NCBI GenBank assembly: GCA_965644295.1
Contig: CBFFRP010000114.1
Span: 9,217-73,216 of the forward strand
Origin: Paraphysomonas bandaiensis
Lineage: Eukaryota > Protista > Chrysophyceae
Direction of reading: 5' to 3'
DNA: 64,000 bases
Shown: positions 49,682 through 62,230 of the stretch, piece after piece
Layout: each line of letters opens with the position of its first letter
Numbering within the stretch: the first letter of the stretch is position 1
Notes under the pieces: generated by a model
Database searches by the model: none
What the model saw: only the letters and a program-made list of their open reading frames with translations
What the model was told of the DNA's origin: nothing
Made by a program: the position numbers and the translations under genes

Positions 49682-50363
49682 CTTAAATACAGTGATATCA
49701 ACTATGATGATATGTATGTATGTATGTATGTATGTATAGTCTGCAGAGCTCTTTGGTTTTGTAAGTAGAGTGATTGATAATTTTATATGGAGAAGTACGT
49801 ACGAAGTCAGTCTCCTTGTGCTTGTTTGACCAAAATCACCGGCAGTCAGAATCTTATTTTTCGGGAATAAATTGAAGCAAATATACTCTATATAACTGCA
49901 ATAAAACTACAGCTGGAATACAGATAATTGTTGTCTCAATATTAGAGGCATCTTTGAACAAAAAATATACAATGGAGAGTGATACGCATGTAAGTATATG
50001 TATCTATATGTTATGACACATACTATACATTTGATGTACGGTACTCGGTCTACTCGTTACGGACAGAATGCCCCCGTTACTTTTTTGTACAGTCTGCACT
50101 ATGTACTGTAGTTTTAGTAAACGGTCGAAATCGTGCTAATTGTAAACCACAATCTACATTATTCTATTATACAGTTCAGTATTCTATTATACAGTTCAGT
50201 ACCGTATTATACAGCTCAGTATTGTGTAGTACAGTGTATTTATAGGCTAGTGCTGTTATCGCCATAGCTTCGTGTCTAAAAGTGTCCATAACTATAGCGG
50301 TTAACACAGTATCAGTATTAAGCAATTTGAGCTATTTCACATTTCAATTGAATTACTATCATC

Positions 50364-51263
50364 GTGATGGAAGACTTGTGCTTGGTAGTGCAAGGTCAGC
50401 AGGAACGAAATATTCTAAATTCTTCAATGAGAGACTATTTGAGCCGCTGCCGAACTATGACCAGACTCATCAATGACATTGAGGGGTTACGTGAAGTGGC
50501 TCTTGATGTCGATGAGACTGGAGTGGCAAGGAAACATACTGGACTAGCCAAAGATGTTCTCAAACTGAAACTTCCAATGGCAGTACAAACAGCTAAACTC
50601 TTGTTCGCAAAAATTTCTGTAGACACCACATTACCAAAGAAGCGGAAACACGGTGGGCAAGACCCAGTGGAGAACCTTGATGATCCTGCTGTAGTTGACA
50701 CTCACAACCCTGCTGCAAATAAAGTAACGGTTAGTGCACAGACTTATCAAAACTATAAGTCAAAACTAACGAGATGTGTAAAAGAATTAACTAATTCTGG
50801 TCGCGTGCAAACTACGGCAGATGATGAAAGAAGCAGCGACAATTCAGGTGAATTAAAATCTCGTAATATTCATGTTTGGGAAGGTAGCCCTAATCTACAT
50901 CGAGTACCTAAAGGATTTAAATTTCCCAGCTATGTAGTAGGTACAATGTGGAATCTATGGTTCTTGGGAAACCGGAGAGAGAACATTGGTCCATATAGAT
51001 TCATTGCACCATCAGTGGATCTAGTAACCAGAGCCTGCAGAAATAACTTTAGCCGTTGCAAAAAAGTTATGTCAAAACTACTTGACATAGCTATCCACGA
51101 CAACAAAATCACTCGGGCACAAGATATAACAAGGGACAACGAACAAGAAGTGTACGATTCTGCCTACACTAAGTTGCTACAGGATCTGTACGATGTCTAC
51201 CCTAAACGACCCGCTACAATTAATATAAATACCATAGCCAACAAAATAAAAATTAGAAGGTAA
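50364..51263 (+). mobile_element. ORF resembling the C-terminal domain of Crypton/NDC10-type tyrosine-recombinase proteins (fragment)
   Basis: Motif HVWEG...HRVPKGFKFP...MWNLWFLGN...IGPYR, recalled from oomycete Crypton-like proteins. No catalytic domain is present and no canonical ATG context at the annotated start. Confidence 0.45.
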
Positions 51264-51310
51264 GATATCAGCAAGCTTCAATTAATTTGAAAAAAGTAAT
51301 AATAATCAAA

Positions 51311-52560
51311 CAATAATAAAAGCTGCACAACACACACATACACACCTTACACTCTCAGCGTAAACACAATGCTCCTCACTGTAGCTATACACTCATGCCT
51401 CAGGATCATACGGACTATGCATCAGAGGCTCCTCTTATATATTGCTGGATACATAATGCCATTAATAATACACAGCACACTGCATCGTACTATACTTACT
51501 TCATTGTGACCTCAAATGACAGGATGAATGGTATATCATATATATAATATATGTTCAGGGATGCTGCAGTAGTTCCGTACTGTAAGCTACAGTTAGCACC
51601 TCCACATATGATCATCTCACAATGGGGACATCATACCATCATTCACACCTCATCAATCAATAATAAAGCAGCACAATACACACATACACACCTTACACTC
51701 TCAGCGTAAACACAATGCTCTTCACTGTAGTTATACACTCATGCCTCAGGATCATACGGACTATGCATCAGAGGCTCCTCTTATATATTGCTGGATATAT
51801 AATGCCATTAATAATACACAGCACACTGCATCGTACTATACTTACTTCATTGTGACCTCAAATGACAGGATGAATGGTATATCATATATATAATATATGT
51901 TCAGGGATGCTGCAGTAGTTCCGTACTGTAAGCTACAGTTAGCACCTCCACATATGATCATCTCACAATGGGGACATCATACCATCATTCACACCTCATC
52001 AATCAATAATAAAGCAGCACAATACACACATACACACCTTACACTCTCAGCGTAAACACAATGCTCTTCACTGTAGTTATACACTCATGCCTCAGGATCA
52101 TACGGACTATGCATCAGAGGCTCCTCTTATATATTGCTGGATATATAATGCCATTAATAATACACAGCACACTGCATCGTACTATACTTACTTCATTGTG
52201 ACCTCAAATGACAGGATGAATGGTATATCATATATATAATATATGTTCAGGGATGCTGCAGTAGTTCCGTACTGTAAGCTACAGTTAGCACCTCCACATA
52301 TGATCATCTCACAATGGGGACATCATACCATCATTCACACCTCATCAATCAATAATAAAGCAGCACAATACACACATACACACCTTACACTCTCAGCGTA
52401 AACACAATGCTCTTCACTGTAGTTATACACTCATGCCTCAGGATCATACGGACTATGCATCAGAGGCTCCTCTTATATATTGCTGGATATATAATGCCAT
52501 TAATAATACACAGCACACTGCATCGTACTATACTTACGTCATTGTGACCTTAAATGACCA
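51311..52560. repeat. Tandem array, 346-bp unit, ~3.6 near-identical copies
   Basis: Units start at 51311, 51658, 52004 and 52350 (CAATAATAAAGCAGCACAATACACACATAC...). Confidence 0.95.
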
Positions 52561-53542
52561 GATGGCACTGTATCGTATTCTACTTACTTCACTGTGAGGT
52601 TAAATGACAGGATGAAGTATATCGTATTCATATATAGATATGGTTCTATAACAGCTAGATTCTATATATATATATATATGGTTCATCCTGCACTGTACAA
52701 TCCCATACACTACTGCTATACTGTACAATCCCATACACTACTGCTGTACTGTACAATCCTATATGTATTGCTCCTATACAATCCTACAGTAAAAGTAGCA
52801 TATTTCCCCTATACAGAAACAACAGTCGAATTGTACGTGGATTTTCATATGAACCATAAACGAAACATCAAAAAACATGTTATCACAATAGCACACAGCC
52901 ATATTTTGTAACGGCTGAGTAGCATATAAGTACGAGTTTTTTTCTTTTAAACTATAGGTTTCTACATAAATTGTGGGTTTTATAAAGCCCGTGGCAAGAT
53001 AAACTCGGACACAGTACAGTACGCAGTGTATGTACAGAGCTTCGGGCAAATATCCGGATATCTAGATATATACAAAATACATACTGTACATATGACAAAT
53101 TGCGTCGCATAAAGTGCGTCGCGAAAAAACGACACTTTTTGTGTTTTTTCGTGTTTGTGCCAGTTGAGGAATGTACTCTATACGGCCACATCACATGCGT
53201 GTACCATACATCGACACCAGTAATAAAAAAACGATTGTTATGTAATTTCGTAAAGTAATTTTGTCTCATGCTAATTTCAATCAACAGTATACATATACAA
53301 AGAAAATAATTTTATTAATTATTATTTTCGTAATTTTGTCCAATATCGACAAATTTATGGTATATATATATGGAGTGGTTGACAATCAACGTACGTCAAC
53401 TGCATCTACTATACACACATACATACACATCCATCCCATTGCATACATATACACATAACAAATCAATTAATTGCATAAAATAACCTTCTTGTAGCATATC
53501 ATTATCATTAAATCAATTATTCATATATAGTAATACATTATC

Positions 53543-55353
53543 ATGCATCGTATTATGCAAATCTCATCATATCACACTAGAAAACACCTGCATCATCATA
53601 TATGTAACACATACCACATATATCACACCAGATACTTATGTACAACAAATACAAATAAAAAAAAACAATCAATAACATCATCAAATATTACAAAATTATC
53701 AATTTATGCACAATTATCAAAATTTCGTTTATCAGCATTAGTTGTCACAACATCATCAGCTGGTTATTTATGTTGTGGGGGTCCACTAGATATATCGATA
53801 CTTACAGCTACATGTATTGGTACAGCATTATGTGCTGCATCAGCTAGTACATTTAATCAAATATTTGAAAGAAAATTAGATGCTAAAATGAAACGAACTC
53901 ATACAAGACCCTTACCTTCAGGGAAGATATCTGTGATGGAAGCCACATCTTGGGGAGTTTTTTCTGGTGTAGCTGGTGTTGGAGCACTGTATGCATTTAC
54001 AAATCCTGTTGTAGCTGCACTTGGAGCTTCTAACATTGCTCTTTATGCTGGCCCATATACTTTTTTGAAGCAGCATAGTGAAGTGAATACGTGGGTTGGA
54101 AGTGTGGTAGGAGCCATTCCGCCCGTCATGGTAAGATAAATTTCTACACTAAGAAGACAAATTTTATGTGTACTGTATTATCATTATATATATGAGATGA
54201 TATTATTCTTTCTTCGATAGATGTATGTGCTGTAGTATTAACGCTTAGAATTATATCTTCCACAAAGTGTACATACGTACATAAAAACACGAATTTGAGA
54301 GGCGTAATAACACGCTGTTGTATGTAGGGATGGGCGGCTGCATCTGGTGGTGTAATTCTTGCTCCTGATTGCATTGCGCTGGCGACTTTGTTGTATTTGT
54401 GGCAATTTCCACACTTTTTTGCCTTATCCTGGTAATGTGCACTTATATATTATGACTGCTGATTTGGATATGTTACTCACGTTGTGTTTCTTTCTGCTCT
54501 GTGTCGTGAAAATAAAAAATACTTGATTCTAGTGTGTCTGTACTTCTGAAACTTGTATTCATTGTAGTATATTTGGTTTATATCGTTTAATCCACTGGGA
54601 TCTCTGTGTACAGGATGTATAAAGAAGATTACAGTCGAGGAAATTTTCAGATGGTATCTGTAAATGACCCAACAGGGTCTCGTACTGCTAACCTCATAAC
54701 TCGGTATTCGGCTTACCTAACTGTGCTGCCTGTGGCAACTTACCTGACGGATGTGACGTCCATAATGTTTCCCATTGAGGCAACCGCCGCCAATATGTAC
54801 CTTCTTTACACTGCTAGAAAGTTTCAAGAAGATACATCAAATGCGAACGCCAGAAAAATTTTCTTGTGTTCTTTGTGGTATTTGCCGCTCCTGATGACAG
54901 CCTTTGTATTTCATTCTCAGACATGGAGTTCAAAGCAAGCGCAGCAGCAGGTGAGGATAATACTCTAATGCATAGTATTATGAGTTTTTACAAGCCACGT
55001 GAAACCCTAAGTTGACATATTTTTGGAACGTAGTTTCACATATACCGACAGGATTATTCGCTATTGACAACTGCGAAAAACTGGGCCCGAGATAACTGTG
55101 TTCATGAAATGCTGGTACAGAAAACTAATCACGAGAAATCTAGTTTATGCCCAGTTAAAGTTGCTGATAAGGTATCACATTGGTGCTTGCTGCTATATTG
55201 AGTTCTTGTGGTGTCTAAGAAGCGTTGCATATGTGGAACATTTTCGAAGTGTAATAGTGATTACAGGTAATTGAAGACGCAGAAGAAGAAATTGGGCAGA
55301 AGGTGCAGACTGTGTCTTCTACGCTGCAGCAATCAACCTCTGAGCAACATTAG
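53543..55353 (+). CDS. COX10: Protoheme IX farnesyltransferase (heme O synthase), mitochondrial
   Basis: LSKFRLSALVV, NQIFERKLDAKMKRTHTRPLPSG, NTWVGSVVGAIPPVMGWAA, LWQFPHFFALSW, EDYSRGNF. Exons 53543-54130, 54328-54431, 54614-54950, ~55052-55171 and 55267-55353. Confidence 0.95.
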
Positions 55354-55845
55354 AACTTTTTCAGTGATAGTTTGCTTTTAGGCGGTTTCAGTGTGCCGAC
55401 TCTGGAGAGGAGCCAATGTATAGTACATAGCTAATGCAATATGTTGTTGTCCTGTTTGTGGTGTAGTGATAAGCAGGTATGGTCATGGTGTCCTTGTAGA
55501 AGGCGAACTGTACATGTGGTTGTTGTAGTTTTTTCTAAATATAATGGAAATATTGAATTTATTGGAGAATAACGACTAACGCACACACAACGACAACGAA
55601 TCTACGAATCTAGTTCTGGCTCTGGAGTAAGTTCTTCGCCATTTCATATTCGGCAATACTACTCTAAATAAACCAGTTGAACTTGCCAGTTCTATCATTT
55701 TTTGACGTATTTGATCGTTTAAAACATAATTAACTGAGCGTTGTATTCACTCGATAATAAGTATCTCATATCAAATCTATTTCATACGATCTAGTATACA
55801 GTCACAATCTTATACAGTCTATATATTTCTTCACTACTGTTATTA

Positions 55846-56048
55846 TATTGAAAGTCTTATTATTTAGCAATAGACATTAAAAATCTGCACCAATGTAGTG
55901 GCTAGTTGAATGCTAGACAGACTACTTAGACCTCTACCCATAACTAATCAGCACAGACTCTATTATCTATTATCCTACTATTTAGCGCTACAGAAACTGC
56001 TTGTGCGACGCCGCAAGCACCAAGGTGCGACCACTTCCATTCTTAATA
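55846..56048 (+). mobile_element. Possible solo LTR (TATTGA...TTAATA)
   Basis: Similar to 39884-40020 and to the segment inside the Copia LTR at 11960-12100. No clear TSD. Confidence 0.4.
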
Positions 56049-56254
56049 TTGATTGTGAGGTTCGCCGTGATCGTGTGTTTTAGGACTCACTGGCGGATGT
56101 GATCAGGGGGTCTCCCCTTGGGATAAGGTTCCACCGGGCTGTGTGAAGGTACAGGGTTCGTAGTAAGATTCTGAGTGTACTACTATTATTCCCATCATAT
56201 CATGATTTCATGTAACACTATTATTTCATGTGCCAGGGTAATATACTGATATAC

Positions 56255-56522
56255 GGGGACTCTGTGACACTTTTAGTGTCACATAGTTCCCCATATATCA
56301 ATATATACCCCTTCCATCAATTTATAGGCGATAGCACTTCCTGAAACTTGGTGGGAGCACATACCGAAAGAAGGGTGGTTCAGCCAAAGGTTTTGGTAAG
56401 TGTCAACAACTGCAAAGCGTTTTTCGAAGTCGATTTCTAAGGTCCCTCACTGTGTAAATTAACCGACATTGAATAATCCGTGGGTGTGAATTCACGTGAC
56501 GTACGAGTGTCACAGAATCCCC
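56255..56522. mobile_element. 268-bp MITE, PIF/Harbinger-like
   Basis: TIRs GGGGACTCTGTGACAC / GTGTCACAGAATCCCC. 3-bp direct repeat TAC on both sides. Confidence 0.7.
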
Positions 56523-56819
56523 TACCATAATTTGTGTGGGTGACACAGAATCCCATGCTAAACAATTGCTATTAAAAGTGGGAGAAGATATTTTACAGAA
56601 ACTTTGATTGCGTGTCGGGTGATGGTGCTTGTTGCTTCATCGAAACACAGTTTAAAAAAAATCTAGCGAGCTTAAAAGGTTCCTCTAGAGTCATCTGCGT
56701 GGCTATAATTCCTAAGGTAAGCATTACTTCTGTATTTGTCAACACTCATTTCGAAATACTTTCAGAATATTCAGCCACTCCCCACCCAAAAGACAAAAGT
56801 ACCCAGTTGTGCTTCTAGA

Positions 56820-58043
56820 ATGGGTAATATGATGGAGAACCCTGCGGTGACATCTTCTTCCAAGGACCATGCTGAGCGCCTGCAAATCAAGCTGTATGTG
56901 GGAGCTCACAAATACAACGGAATATACATGGCAGACCATGGATCTGGAGGCTCTGATCATGAGACCAAGAGCTTAACTCAAACAAGAATTACACTACCAT
57001 ACCCAATTCACTACGCTGACATTGTGAATTTGGTTGACAGCTATTTGTGTGAGTCATCGTTGTTTTGCCGGTTCTCTGAGGTGTTACACATACTGTTGCG
57101 AGAGACCAAGTTGATGGCGCCATCTGGGCCTGCCAAAAAGGGTATGTGTCAGAAAAATCTCCCAAAGTGCGAATTTATCGGCAAAACTTTCGAGTTGAAG
57201 CATTATTCTGAAGATTATTTATCTGTTATTATTGGTGACCCCAATGCCCAGGAAATGAAAGGGTCATATGTTGGAGGGACCAACGCATACGAGGGTGCAG
57301 ACGTTCATAAGCGCAACCACGCTATAAATCAATGGGCAGCTACTACAGCGATGTTTCGGCGGACAAGAAAAAACGCTCTCCCACCTTGTATGCACAGTCT
57401 TGTTTAGCCACACAGTATGTCAGAGCAAGATGTGATTTTAACCCTGAAAGACGTTGCTATGTGGGCACTGGATGAGAGTCGTACGTCAACTAGTGATTCC
57501 GTCTGTGCCCAAGTAACCGCCATCATCCAATTCCTTCAGAATGCCCAACGCAATCAAAATTTGGTCGACTCCCTACCGCATGGGGTGCAAGTGAAGGGAT
57601 TTACAGAATCTAAAGGTGATCAGATCGTAGATGCACGCCTCCAACATATCGATTTCATATCGCCTGGTGACCCTTACGTGATGACGAGGCGCAGCAATTT
57701 TTCATCATATGAAGCAGGACCAGAGACTGTATTGATCAAGCACAGCATAGCTTGGCTGCAAGCAGAGTATAATGTGACTGCATTCGGCTTAGATATTCAG
57801 TTGACTGAGGATGTTGGACGATCAACGCACAGATATCATAGTGGCGAATGGCTCCATTTGAAATCAGTTACGGGTATACATTCAACAACAGAAAAGAACA
57901 ATCACACTTTCGTTGTGGCTCCATCCGATAATTCGGATTCTGCAGTACGAATACGTTGGAAGAGTTTTATTACTTTGGATGCCGATCCAGACCTTCCATC
58001 TTCAAACAGTGATATGTCTGTTCTATCACATGAATCTGGGTAG
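56820..58043 (+). pseudogene. Hypothetical gene interrupted by a single in-frame TAG (or two adjacent ORFs)
   Basis: ORFs 56736-57407 and 57417-58043 are in the same frame, separated only by TAG at 57405-57407. Confidence 0.45.
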
Positions 58044-58216
58044 AGTACCAATATACTCTCCTCATGTCCCCCGAACAAATTGCATATTGCAATTGCTTTT
58101 GTTTTTGTCGACGTCAGTTTTAGATTTACAATGAATGTCAATATTGTTATCAATGTTGAGAAACGCTCATTTTACACTAGATCACAGAGAGAATTTGTCG
58201 TAAGACTAGATAGATT

Positions 58217-58850
58217 TATTAGTATCGTTTACACGAAGTTGTGATAACCAACACTAACTCATTATAATCCCTGCATAATATCCTACATATGCGAACCTCT
58301 CGTTACTGAACATATCTTGAAAGGTCAACCTATTTCAGTTTTCAATATCATCACAGCATTTGTACATCACTATATTTCACTGTATTCTCGTACATTGTCT
58401 TCAAGTGACATACTGAATAATATACTAGAATAAGATCCATATTCTAATACTCCCACTCAATGTAGAATGCAGTGAGACAAAACAACAGTGATCACAATAA
58501 TCTGATAATGCTATGACTATCTAGTCCCATAGGTAAAAACAGATGTGAAATCTTTTAAAGATACATATATACCTAGCAGTCAACTAGATATACAGTTATG
58601 TGGGATTTTCACCCACTAAAACACACCTTTAACCTCTTCGGGGTCGTTTCTTCTGCTGCTCCTCCACACTGTTAGACACACTCCTCTTAACCCCGGTAAT
58701 CGTTTTCTCATGACGACTGAAGATCTTCGTGGACAACGCCTTTGTAAAAATATCGGCCGCCATATCATCCGTAGATACATGAATCAATTTTGCTGTAGGA
58801 AATTTGCCATTAACATGTTCTCTTATCCAGTGATACTTGATGTCAATATG
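58217..58850 (-). mobile_element. Copia 3' remnant: RNase H end, PPT and TATTAG...CTAATA LTR (58217-58449)
   Basis: Minus-strand HIDIKYHWIREHV...STDDMAADIFTKAL. PPT TGAGTGGGAG directly followed by TATTAG. Confidence 0.8.
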
Positions 58851-60706
58851 TAATCTTTCTGATGAGAAAGACCGTGTTTACAACGTTCTAAAAATTTAAA
58901 GTGCTTCCCAAACCGAGAATACACTGTCCAGAACACCAAACCGGTGAAACTGCCTCCTAACACAAGCAAACCGCGAGTATAGAATGAATTAAATTACGTT
59001 AAAACGTGTAAAGAAAGAAAGTGAAAACATACAACACTCTATCTTGCTGTGAATCATCTACAGTTTACAGTATCATACTTGTACATATACGGGACTTATA
59101 TCCCTTCAAGAATACAGTAACCGCAATGTATACTAAATAAACTGAAAATGAAAGTACAACAGCATGCTACCTAGAGTACCGCAGTATAACACCGTATAAC
59201 TCCACGTATAACAGTAACTACAGGTATGCGTGACACTACCCCTTCTCCCTCCAGCTAGAGAAAAGAAATAGGAATACATATCTAGGATAGATAGAAGTAA
59301 TACTTGTATCAGCCAATATAGCGTCATTCCAAGCATTAGCAAATAAATATCCAATTCATGAAATAAAAGTAATAAACATACGTAGAGCAATATTATGATA
59401 ATAAAAGTATGAATAATAGTATGAATGTTATAATATATATGTGATATAATCATGAAATAAATATTAAATAAATAAAAGTAATCAACAATTAGAGGAGAAT
59501 ATTAGGATATTGTTGGCAGAATGCAGCATCCACCAATACCATAGTAGAAGGATCAAATTCCGTGACTCGACCATAGCAGTGGACGTCATAGGCACTCCAT
59601 TCATAAGTAGATTGAAACAACGGGCAATAGAGGTCTATACGTAACTGGCGACGGCCAGCCCACCGCACATAAGAACATTCGACAACATACATCGTTGTAT
59701 AACAATTCGGCAGATTAAGTTCATCATAGAAATCTGAACCCCATGCACGCAAATCTACATAAATTGTTTGACCAGGTGACACCCCTTCGATAGGTATACG
59801 TTTCAAACGTGCACGTTCAGATTTTGCCATAGCAGCAGAAAACAACAGAGGGAACAATTGAGGTTTCTGCTCACAGAACGACTGAAATTGCGAGGTGGAA
59901 GCAATATCCTGTGACCATGGAAGCCATAATAACGAACCATCCTCAAACTGAACTTGGAATTCCATTCGAGAACGAACCTCCGGATCTCCTCGGTATGCAA
60001 TCACAGCAACCACAGTATACTGGTTAAAATCAATTTGCGCAACACGATATGCCTGCTCGGGCGTACCAAAGAACGGTTTGAGCCATGACATGTGCAGCAC
60101 AACTTCAAAACGCATCACAACATGAATGCATGTGACATCAGCCTTATACGTGGAAACCACTTCGTAAGGACCTTTGAAACGAGGGTATAATTTATTGGGC
60201 TTATGCTGAGTTGGATCCAGCCGCAACAAAACTAAATCACCAGGTTGATATTCATTCAAAGTATGTGTAGGCGTGGCAGACTTGCGCTTGTCTTGGATTT
60301 TGCGCTGAACATCCATGGCAACCGCTCGAATCTTCTGTAAGTTCTCATTCAAAATAGACACATAACCCGCAGCAGAAGATTCATCCATAGTCAATTCACC
60401 CAAACGAAAATATGGAATATCAATGGTACCAAAGACATATTGAAAAGGAGAGAGTCCAGTCTCACTACTGACTTCATCATTCAAAATGAACTGAATCAAC
60501 ATGTAACACTCAATATCCCCCCATGAATCTTGCAACCTCTCATCGTGGACTAAACCCTGTAGAAATCGCAACAGCTCTCGATGAGATCGCTCGACCATAT
60601 TAGACTCATGACGATTAGTTAATGACCCTCGAAATCGAACTTCAAACCACTTCAATAGAAACTCCTCATAGAACTCAGCACTCACGAAGACCAATAATAG
60701 ATTCAA
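58849..60706 (-). mobile_element. Ty3/Gypsy 3' fragment: partial integrase + GPY/F + chromo-like domain (59489-60706), PPT, 3' LTR (~58849-59235)
   Basis: MVERSHRE, SETGLSPF, KLYPRFKGPYEV, MEFQVQFEDG. PPT GGAGGGAGAAGGGGTAG followed by TGTCAC...ATTACA abutting the Copia remnant. Confidence 0.85.
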
Positions 60707-62230
60707 AAACTAATACCATCCACACAATAGCAAGATAAGCCCTCGGATAACGCCTTAACATCAATCTCTGTAGTTCAAGTCAGGAAAAACTTAACATGAC
60801 AAATTGCATCCTCGCTTCAACCACAGAATTCACTTGTAGTTAAATAGAATACCACAGTGAAATTAAAAGATACTGAATTCTCAAATGCTCATAAGATTTT
60901 GGATTAACCTTTTTGCCTTATATATCCAGTATATAACCAAATGAGAATTACGTAGAGCCACTAATGGTCATGTAAATAGATTCCGCACTCAATGACATTA
61001 ACCACAAGTATTTGATCATCATAACCTTTATAAACAACTCAGGTCTTGCAACCTAAGATCACTGAAAAGATATGTGAAATGGTTGTTTGTCGAAACAACA
61101 AAACAGAAAACTATAATAATAACTCTTTAAGAAACCAACAGCCAGAAACACAAGCTCCCCTGTATCCTGCAATCTAAAGCTCCCAATAGACAGATCAGTC
61201 AACCAACTATGTTAATTTCATAGAGAATTATTATTAAAACTAAAGTTACAAGCGAAACAAAAGACAGACCCCTAGTCACAAGACTCCTCCTCATACACAG
61301 GACATTGAATGCAACCACAACCGTACAATATGCTCACACATGCACTACACCACATACGATTCATATCCTACATCGATTATAGTCAAAACGCCTTAAAATA
61401 CGCCTCAATAGGTCTTTCCTCCAAAACCGCCGGTTTTCGAGTCCAAAAACCCAAAAAACCCCAATTTTAGATTTAGTCGCAAAAACCCAAGATCCCCAAG
61501 TCTGGAGTCTAGTATTTTCGAGACTTATATAAAACACCAATTTGAACTACAAAAAACTCAAAAATGGCAGTATTCGAATCACCAAAAAAATTGCGATCTC
61601 ATTTCATGGCAATATAATCTCATTCCAACCGTTAAATGCATAATACATATCAACTGTGCACAATATTCACAGAGAATGTTACACATTCATACTTGTACCA
61701 AATTATCCCCCATGCCATCCTTACGCATCAGACCTAAGGGCTCTTATCAATTTGTGCACCGACCTGAGAAATTCTATGTTGAGTATCAGTGAGAAAATAT
61801 TCGCATATCGGAGTCCAGAACGATGAGCAAGCACATAGAGCTGTTCAAACCCATCCAAAGACTTCTCATAATGATGAATGAACTACGAATATCGCACATG
61901 CGGTACCAATCAATGCTTCCTAACTCAAAACGCTATGACACCGACTACCGTATGGATATAGGCGTAAACAAACAGGTAGCAATCGCGTAGACCAATGAAA
62001 ACGTGTGCTCGAGGGTATAATCCTAGTAGTGAGGGTAAATCCTATTAGCCTCTGCTGTCTTGCTCTCCTAATAATAATCTGTTTTTTGTTGTCAATCTCA
62101 TACAAAACCAGCTACATAAACCCTACATATTATGTTATCATATCGTTATTGCAATAATATAGTTATCAATATTATTATGATGATGTTGTCATAAAACGTG
62201 TAAAAGGGTGTTATAAAAGCCCACGGCTTT

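Noticed and set aside
1860-57407. TAG reassignment suggested by two in-frame TAGs
   Set aside because: COX10 and the 2H gene appear to end normally at TAG, and the long ORFs contain no internal TAG.
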